A stretch of DNA of 64,000 bases from Octopus sinensis (taxonomy: Eukaryota): assembly GCF_006345805.1 (NCBI RefSeq), contig NC_042998.1, positions 70,742,001 through 70,806,000 of the forward strand. Direction: 5' to 3'. The position numbers were made by a program, and so were the translations under genes. Below the pieces are notes generated by a model. The model had not been told where the DNA came from. It saw nothing but the letters and a program-made list of their open reading frames with translations, and did no database searches. Shown in pieces: positions 54,833-64,000 of this stretch; positions within the stretch are counted from its first letter, which is position 1; every line of letters starts with the position of its first letter.

Positions 54833-57800
54833 CATACATAAACATACATACATTGAAATAGACTCATCTCACTTGTCAACGGAGTGGAATATTTTAGGCT
54901 GCAGAAGTCTAATAAGACTGAAGCATGTCTGTTGCTTTCATCAGCTAGTTTATAAGACCGTATTCGCTCCGATATACATTGTCTACATTATCTAAAAATG
55001 TTGATCAACCGATATTATTAATGTTATTTGCGTTTTTCGGTATTTTTGAGGTTTTAAATAACACTAGAAGGTGTTTGTGTCTACAAATTACTGTGATTAT
55101 CCCAGTTAATCTAAGTTGTTCATTTCACTTTATGAAATCTCACTGCGTTAATATTTTAATAGCTGTTAACCACTTACAAAAGGAAAAATAGCTCATACAG
55201 TATAGAATAAACATACATTTAACAACTCGAAATACAAACGTTCTAAGGAGAATTCCCAACAAAGTGGTCTAACAAATTAGCGAGATTGAAGTTTGAAATA
55301 TATTACAATCTATGTCCGGTAGTTCGGTTGTACCATTTTTGCTTCTATTATAGTTAAGACAACAGCTTCGGCTCCCAAGAACTAAGCAATTCTATATTAG
55401 CCCCAGCTAAATTCGCATCATACCAGATTTCAAACGTCTTGAATATTTACTGTTCGGCACTTGTAAGACTTTGATTTTAAAATATCCAATATTTCTTTAC
55501 TCGACAGTGAGACGCCCTTAAACTTAATTGTAAATTGAGATTTCTCTATCCAGAAGACTTGTTACGTAGATAAAGTGTCGTTTAGTAAAACATGCTTAAT
55601 TTCATTGAATGTGTGTAGCTATCAAAGGGGAATCAGAGATATTAAAGGTCATGTACGTACATAGCCGGAAGTGAAATGATCTAAGTTGATATTGTTATCA
55701 ATTATAGAGATTCTTCAATTGAATCCAGTTCACTTTAATGTCCCTGTACTCTATTTGAACTTTCGCAAGTTATATCCTCAATTGCAATCAATTGTGATTA
55801 CATTTTGTCTTAATAAAGTAGTGCATCATGTGAGGGGTAAATTCTCTCTTTGATATCGAATTGGAAAATCTTCGTACGTGGTTTCTATTATGATTAATCA
55901 TTACATCAGTTTAATCAGCTCTAATGACGCATAGACTTACTTCTGCATACCAGAATATCGAGTATAATTCAATTTTCTCTGAATACAAACTTTACTCACG
56001 TAGGTTTGAAAGTGTCGTTGCTGCTCGACTTTAAGACTTAGCCAGGCTGTATGGTTTCTCAAACTTCATATTTCACGAACGATTCCTGTTTATCACAGAT
56101 TGTAATGACAACGGGAACTGGAGAAATTGTCTGAAGAAGGTTTACATGAAACCAGTAAATGGCCTTTTTGCGTGATGTCAGTTTCTAACATGCAAGTAAT
56201 ATTCAACAAAATTTCTGGACTAGTTTCCGAAAACCTTAGGACACTTTACTAAACAATTTGACTTCACAGTAGTTTGGGCAAAGCATTATATTACAAACTC
56301 GATGGCGGGCAGTTGTAGTTTTAGATTAATGTCGAAAATATAAATCTCAGATTACTCGGAAACAGAAATCCAGCTTTAGAAACAGCAGTATTGTAATCCA
56401 GAACACTGGACCTAAAGAATGCTAGCATGTGTAACCATGTTATTCCCGTAAATATTACTACTGTTACCAAGCAAGACACTGAAAAGAAACTATTTCAGCA
56501 AATGGTCCTTTGTAAGAAATATAAACGTGATTACAGAGAACCCTCAGCAAAAGATGGAATATTCGTATATTGAAAGTGTAAGAAAATCAGACGATGTATT
56601 AAGTGGGTAAATTACACAAAACACTTTTCCACACAATTATTTCTTTGGCATTATTAATTTTACAAAATTTACAGGAACTATATTTCTCATATAAAAATCA
56701 ACTAAAGTAAGCTTTCGTTACAAGTGGAAACGTTGATAATTGTATCCCAGCATATATAACTAAACAAAATAATTTAGTTACTAAATTACTCCTATACATC
56801 GTTAGTATGACATCAACACAACTCAGAGAATTAGCGACATTAGCAAAGTTGACATATGATATGCTGTGCAGTTGTGCAAACGACAGCCGTTGTTGTATAG
56901 AGAAAATTTAGAATGGTTAATGTTGTTTTTAGACTTTTAAAATGAATTCTTCAATATATTTTATAATACATGTGGAACCCTACTGTAATTATATTTAGAA
57001 TGCAGAATACTCACTTGTATTACTTCCTCTCAACACTATTGTTGTTATTTATAATCAGTGCTGCTAAATACCCTATGTTACTCTGTACGTTGATCAATCG
57101 TTGTCCTGTCAACAGAGTAGAATATGTTTCCCTTATGACGCCATCTGGCAAGCACATCCTACCAAGACAGTGACATGAATCCACTAGAATAAAACCGCCA
57201 ACAAGGAATTTTAATCTTGAAGGCACATTTGTAAAGATAATAACAATTTTGGCAGTCATTAATAGCATGAAAGCTGTTTTCATGCATTAACTAATAATTC
57301 ACATCAGCATCTCATAGTCATAATACTTTAGACCTTATAGCTACCAAAACCACAATCATGCTACCCTCTATTGAACTAAACCCATCATTCTTTCACAATA
57401 CAATTTTAAAGTTCTCAACGAATGCAAAGCAGTGAAAAAGGTTTCTCAACCAGAAATTTCAAAATGTACAAAATTTCCATTCTCTCATATTGATCTCAAA
57501 GCTGACAAGAAGGCGCTTAAGGCTCACCTCAATTTAATACTGACAAGTATTGTCCTTCTCTGAGGAATATAAATAATTAAAAGCATACTATATCCAAAGA
57601 CAAGTGGATCCTGACGCAAAAGAAGTTGAATATTCTTACAGATCTGAATAATCCAGCTTTCCGAATAATGCAATTAGAAAAGAATATTAAATTTAAAATC
57701 ATCGATGCCGCACTGACACATTGCTTTGTAGAATAACACTTAGGAAAATAACTCTTTATAGTTAAGGGAATAAAACAAGTTGAAATGCAATTTTCGCCAT

Positions 57801-59029
57801 TCGTGAATCTTTAGTATGAAGTACAATATCAGCCCACTTCAGTGTCAAGAGAAGCCGTATATAACAATTCTTCCCGGATTTGTCCCCTGCTCAATGAGTA
57901 TTACGAATGCAACTTCTACAGGTTAAAAGAAAAAAATAATAAACAAGCTTGAATACCCAGTATACTCTACCAGATAAAAACATTTCATGGCAATGCAGCA
58001 GATATATCACAAGAAATCAATAAGAATTGTTGATGCACATTCACCTGACCATTCAGGGATATGTAGATGCAAAATGCCTACAAAAATGTTGACAGAAGTA
58101 ATTCGTTAAAAGGAACAGCAGAATACATAGGGTTATAGATCTATGCCACTAATTTCCTCTTTCAAAGCTCTCGAAGAGAATTAATTAGAGAAAGAAAATG
58201 CTGTTTATATGAATGCAAAAGATCTGTGTCAAGATAGAATGGGTATATAGAATGAGACACCCGACTATAATGTTGACACTCAAACTTACTTGTCCTGTAT
58301 AAGTCTCTATCTCGGAAAAGAAACAGCTACTGCACTTAAACCAAGTGAAACTTAAACCAAATTCTAAAGATTTGGTCAATGCTGAGCTGTTTATATTTTG
58401 ATTTCAGAAAGGTTCATATTACACTAATGAAATACTGCATCATAGTAATATGGTTGGTAATTTGTAACTATGAATTCTTTTAAAGGACAACGGAACCCTG
58501 TCTAAAAGTTCCTTATAATTCTTTCTTACATAGACAAAGCTATACAGTCCTCCAATATAGGTAATTATTTAAATTCACGCTGAAGAAGGCTAAACAAGAT
58601 AACTATGTATTTCAAAAGTCTCATATACGTCTGGGGAAAATGGCAATAACATGTCATTCAGCAATACAACCTTGCACTCCTTTTGTTATGGAAGTGAGAA
58701 TCCAATAAAATGTTTCACACAGAAACGATTAAACACATTGAACAACGTTCGTGACATAGTCTTAGCTATGCAGTAGATACATGTTTCTCGAAACATATTC
58801 AGGGACTGTTAACAACTTGTTAAGGGAGCTGAGTGCCTGGGTATTGTGAACATTTAAAAGACATGGCAATATTGTTAATAGTGAGAAAAGGTTGGATTGA
58901 TGTATACAGTAATCTGTAGCCCCTGGCAGTTCAGAACATACCTATTACATACCAGAACTAGAGAAACTGGAAAATACATTGAACTCAGTGCGAATTCATA
59001 TCACTGTGAGGTGACCAAAACATGACATC

Positions 59030-59480
59030 AAAGTCGATCAAATAGGAGGTTGAAATTGTTTGTATTTTTAAAATTGCAGGTACGTTCTTCAATGCTTGTT
59101 TCAAGTGACCAGGTGATAAATAAACGCATATTCTTGGATGTCTAGAAATGTTTAAGAAAGGCAGTGCAAAGAAAGGAAATACCTGGATATTGTACTACGC
59201 CATGGTATTTGCTAAAGCATGATATTCCTCTCTGTGACTTTTTAGCTAAGTACAGGACGACTTTCGTCACACAAATTATAGTTTCTGGATTTGGGTATCC
59301 CTACACATTTGTTTTGTACCCAACGTTGAAATGCACCTGTAAAAGTTGATTTCATACGAAAGAACAAATCGAGGAAAATTCACTTCGAGAACTGCATACG
59401 ATCCTTGAAATCGTAGACCAAGACGCGTTTCAAAACTGGGTAAAAATGCAGGCTGCCAATATTAAATTGAATTGTGAGTA
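59030..59480 (+). mobile_element. decayed mariner transposase C-terminal third
   Basis: CDFLAKYRTTFV, TKEQIEENSLRELHTILE...AFQNW. Confidence 0.7.
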
Positions 59481-60404
59481 GAACACTTAAGTTATCTTTT
59501 TAAAGCTATTTAGTTTCTTTTTTGGACAGACAACGTATAAGCATGTCTATATGTTTGTGTGTGTGTTATTCTCTTACAGCAATCACATAAAGATTGTTGT
59601 ACTTATTTGTCTTCTCTCTGAAATACATGTAATAGATAAGAATATTCGATTTACTATTTCCCTTTATGTTGATGAATACATTTCATTCAAAATGTTTCTA
59701 TATTCTTTACATTTCCATTGTCATGCATTCCTTGTATCTTTCCTTTTTTTGAAAGCGCAAATATGTCGCCTTCTGTTTGAAAATAATGTTTTCTCACGAG
59801 ATATGATTTTTATACATCAAACAATATGGCCTCTGAGTTTTCTTCAGATTGAAGTGGAACTGCTGCTTTTATATTGCCACATGTCAATCTCTATGACAGC
59901 TGATATTCACAATTCAATGGCTAAAAGGCTCCTGTCATGTACAAAGGTAACGTTGTCTCTTTTGCATGTCTTTGTATGTTATTCTACAGGGATTTCTTTA
60001 AGATCCGTAGTCAACAGAAAACATCGTTAATGTTTTTACCGTAATATAGCTGTGGACAATGCTGTATCATGGAATGGACGTAGAGAGAAAACCTAAAACA
60101 TGGTTTTAGCTTTCAAATCAATATATCTGAAAGGAGGAAGAAATCGAAATATTTTCCTGTTACTTCAGTGTTATACTAAATGAAATTGTTATAACTCGTA
60201 AGCATTGCTGTTTCTTGTTCGAAACTTTAGGAGATAACTCAAGAGGTTTCAGTTATTTTTAGCAATTAAACACTCAAATTTGATGAGGTCCATAATTTGA
60301 AAGTTAATGCTACTCCCAAATATATACTTCAAACCACATTCAAAATGCCATATGATGACTTAGCAAATTTTAAAATATAATATATGTAGGTATATATATA
60401 TGTA

Positions 60405-60469
<65 letters not shown>

Positions 60470-60471
<2 letters not shown>

Positions 60472-61055
60472 GACAAGTATTTTCTGTATAGAATACACTT
60501 TGTAGTGCTCAAGAGATTTGAACTTTAGCAGGTAGAGGAATAATTGTAAGGACAAGCAAGTTAGGCAAGTCGATATACAAAAAAATATATTAAGTAAATT
60601 TAATACCAAAAAAACCTATACATATGTATACATATAGAAAAGACCTACTTACACAAAATAAAAATGATATCGTGATTTAAAGGGGTTGAGAAAGAGTTTT
60701 ACGAATCCAACAGCTATTTCTGGGGGCTTGGTGGTCCAAACTAATGATTGTAACTTGATTCCATCAACGGATAGCACTAGCTTCCGTCTTCAGGGAAGAA
60801 TTTTATATTTGAGTTGTTGGCAAAATGGAGCTTAAAGATGGAATGAATTTGTGGAGAAATAAGCGTATCAGTAAGAGGAGCTGTCAACATCTCAAATGTA
60901 AACTTCTCTGAAAACGGAGGCAGGTGTTATCCGATGATGGAATCAAGTTTCAAACATTATTTCCGACCGCCAAGCCCACAGAAACAGCAGCGGGACTTCG
61001 TAAAACTCTTACTCGAACCCTTTAATTCCCGATATAATTTCTATTCTGAATGTAT
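60470..61055. mobile_element. two oppositely oriented copies of the 4555 repeat family
   Basis: 60648-60822 is the reverse complement of 60881-61052 at about 70% by eye. Confidence 0.8.
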
Positions 61056-61084
61056 TTATACATATACATACATACACTTTGTTG

Positions 61085-61472
61085 CCATCTTGCTTATATG
61101 TATATGAAATGATATCATCATTGCACGTTCTGATGCCCAAGTCTTTCACTGCCTCTGGATCTGGGATTGTAGTGCCTTCGGGTCCTGTAAATGTAGATCG
61201 TACAGTATTTGTAGTGAGTTGATTGTGCAGTGCTTGAAATTTTCCAGCATTAAACTGCATGTTGTATATTTCGACCCACTTGTATATTGAGTTTAGATCC
61301 TGTTGTAACCTTTTAACATACTCTTGGGTTTTTATTGCTTGTGATAATTTTGTGTCATCGACATAGCTAGTGACAATGGCAGTCCGAGTGAATGTAGGTA
61401 TGTCTATGAGGGCTACTATGAACAGTAATGGACCCAGAACAGCTCCCTGGGGACACCACGTAGAATTTGAGT
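61085..61472 (-). pseudogene. CR1-clade RT fragment
   Basis: [42 protein letters not shown]. Confidence 0.9.
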
Positions 61473-61626
61473 TTATATACATACATATATATATATACAT
61501 ACATATATATATATATATACATATATGTATATATACATACATACGTTCGTACATATATACATACATATATATATATATATATATAAGTACATACATATAT
61601 ATATACATACATATACATGCATACAT

Positions 61627-61705
<79 letters not shown>

Positions 61706-61743
61706 AAAAAAGGGGATGTCGAACACGAGTGGTGATATATAAA

Positions 61744-62046
61744 AAAAGGAAATGAAGAAAATGCTGACAAATAATTGAAGTAATTTAAGTAATTTAATTA
61801 GGTGAAAGTTCTTTTTACCGGTTGCGCATTTGTTATGCTTATCAAAATATGTTATGCTTATGTTATGCTGGTAATTGGGAAAGGGAGGCACAAGACTGTT
61901 GTGGATGGAGGAAGACAGTGCATGATATGTTATGCTTATCATATTTTGATAAGCATAACAAATGCGCAACCGTAAAAAGAACTTTCACCTAATTAAATTA
62001 CTTAAATTACTTCAATTATTTGTCAGCATTTTCTTCATTTCCTTTT
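61744..62046. repeat. near-perfect foldback, ~107-bp arms (61744-61851 / 61940-62046)
   Basis: One difference seen between the arms; loop holds a captured RTE segment. Confidence 0.95.
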
Positions 62047-62204
62047 ATATATATATTATATATATATATACGTACATACATACATTAATAAATATTTCAG
62101 TTTCCTATGCATATGTACATATATTTTATTGAAAAGAAACCGATTTGCATAATATATTCAGACAAGGTGTACATATATATACATATATATATATATATTA
62201 CTCT

Positions 62205-62602
62205 TTACTCTTTTACTCTTTTACTTGTTTCAGTCATTTGACTGCGGCCATGCTGGAGCACCGCCTTTAGTCGAGCAAATCGACCCCGGGACTTATTGTT
62301 TGTAAGCCCAGTACTTATTCTATCGGTCTCTTTTGCCGAACCGCTAAGTGATGGGGACGTAAACACACCAGCATCGGTTGTCAAGCAATGCTAGGGGGAC
62401 AAACACAGACACACAAACACACACACACATACATATATATATACATATATACGACAGGCTACTTTCAGTTTCCTTCTACCAAATCCACTCACAGGCATTG
62501 GTCGGCCCGGGGCTATAGCAGAAGATACTTGCCCAAGATGCCACGCAGTGGGACTGAACCCGGAACCATGTGGTTGGTTAGCAAGCTACTTACCACACAG
62601 CC
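62205..62602 (-). mobile_element. family A SINE, full length
   Basis: GTGTGGTAAGTAGCTTGC head, CTTGGGCAAGT CORE-like block, internal (TG)n, GACTGAAACAAGTAAAAGAGT tail. Confidence 0.9.
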
Positions 62603-62721
62603 ACATATACGTAAAGTCAAAATGAGGGTGAAAAAATTGGATATTAATTTAATAGCATCAATTTAAACACCAGTGGCCTAGCGTATAAAAGACTGATATT
62701 CAGTAAATATTATTAATGCAC

Positions 62722-62880
62722 AACTATGAGAGAGAATCCACTATGTGGACGCTATTACGCTAGATATAGATCAGCAAAGGGACTCAACCACTAAGAATTG
62801 TTCTCAAGAAATAATTTAGCACACCAAGAACGTACGCGAGCAGGACAGAGCGTCCACATAGTAGATTCTCTCTCATAGTT
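62722..62880. repeat. foldback, 32-bp arms, ~95-nt loop
   Basis: AACTATGAGAGAGAATCCACTATGTGGACGCT versus AGCGTCCACATAGTAGATTCTCTCTCATAGTT. Confidence 0.9.
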
Positions 62881-63019
62881 TTATATATACATATATATGC
62901 ATATACACGTATATATATATACATACATACATCACAGCTGCATCCTCATTACACGAAAAAAGCCATTGCTAAAAAGATTTACTGAAATGATTCATGATTG
63001 TTGTCATGTGATGCCCTTA

Positions 63020-63735
63020 TATGACTGTGCTGGCTGGCAGGAGAAACAGGTGTCACCATATGCACTCTCTTAACATGTCTTTTTGACCTCCAACTGCTAG
63101 GCACACCTTTCCACATTTTCCACATGCTCTGTTGTGAATTTAAATAGCCACATCATTGTTTATTAGGGGTTGATTTCTGTGAGAATTTTGATGGCTCACC
63201 AGGCCTGCACGACTCACACACATAAAAAGCAACACTCTCTCACTTTCCTCAGGTTCTCCCCTTCTAAGCACCCTCCGAATTGTCTCATGCTTTCCTTCTC
63301 AAACCTTGAACAACCATCATGCACTGTCTTCCTCCATCCACAACAGTCTTGTGCCTCCCTTTCCCAATTACCAGCTGCAATTCCTATCTCTATTAGAGCA
63401 TTTTATAGACAATCCTTAAACCTTAGTTTAGGCTTATGTGCTGGTCTCCTGCTATCTTATAGTTCACCATACAATGCCTGCTTGGGCAATCGCTCATCAA
63501 TACTGCTTGGGTAGTCGCTTACCAAATGTCCAAGCCACCTCAAACGTCTTTGCAAAATCATTGGCTCTATACTTCTGCTGCTACTTCACTCAAGCGTTTC
63601 CACATAACTAATGGCCATTTTCCAGTTTACCCCCACAATTTTTCTCAGATATTTTGATGAAATCGCTCCAATTACCTTACCTGCCTAAGGTAAATAACCT
63701 ATGCCTCACTTCCATATAGCAAAGATGGGAGGATA
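63020..63735 (-). pseudogene. decayed RTE-BovB LINE C-terminus (different subfamily from 27921)
   Basis: ILQRRLRWLGHLV, ERLPKQALYGEL, PAHKPKLRFKDCL, GWRKTVHDG with stops. Confidence 0.85.
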
Positions 63736-63831
63736 CATGTGTTATATACCTTAACTTTCATTTGTGAAAATATATTTGTTGTTTCCACAGACACCTATCA
63801 AGCCTCCAGAAGTACTACTATATACATGCAT

Positions 63832-63869
<38 letters not shown>

Positions 63870-64000
63870 ATATATATGTGTGTGTGTGGTGTGTGTGTGT
63901 TTGTATACATGTATATATTATATACATACACACACACATAAATATATATATATATATATATAATATATGTATTTATACATACACACATATATATATATAT

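Overview
Eukaryotic, AT-rich, microsatellite-dense and almost entirely repeat-derived DNA. The SINE families and repeat landscape look like an Octopus (coleoid) genome; this is recognition from memory, not a database match. No host gene can be called with confidence, only a few weak candidate exons, and nearly all long ORFs in the supplied track are translated microsatellites. Real coding remnants come from a Neptune-type Penelope-like element (RT + GIY-YIG), RTE-BovB, L1/Tx1, CR1 and R4/Dong LINEs, and three mariner fragments. Main finding: a 1.4-kb cassette at 48809-50226 made of ~350-bp tandem units, each carrying an extended type I hammerhead ribozyme, arranged as a tandem pair facing its inverted tandem pair (retrozyme/PLE-pLTR-like). 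Other findings: a hammerhead variant with a CUGUUGA core in the Neptune 3' end; a SINE whose 3' tail matches a Tx1 LINE 3' end; apparent partitioning of microsatellite targets among retroelement clades; many foldback hairpins; and a 60-nt exact templated copy of a nearby decayed RTE captured inside a young foldback. Remnant boundaries and percent identities are by-eye estimates.
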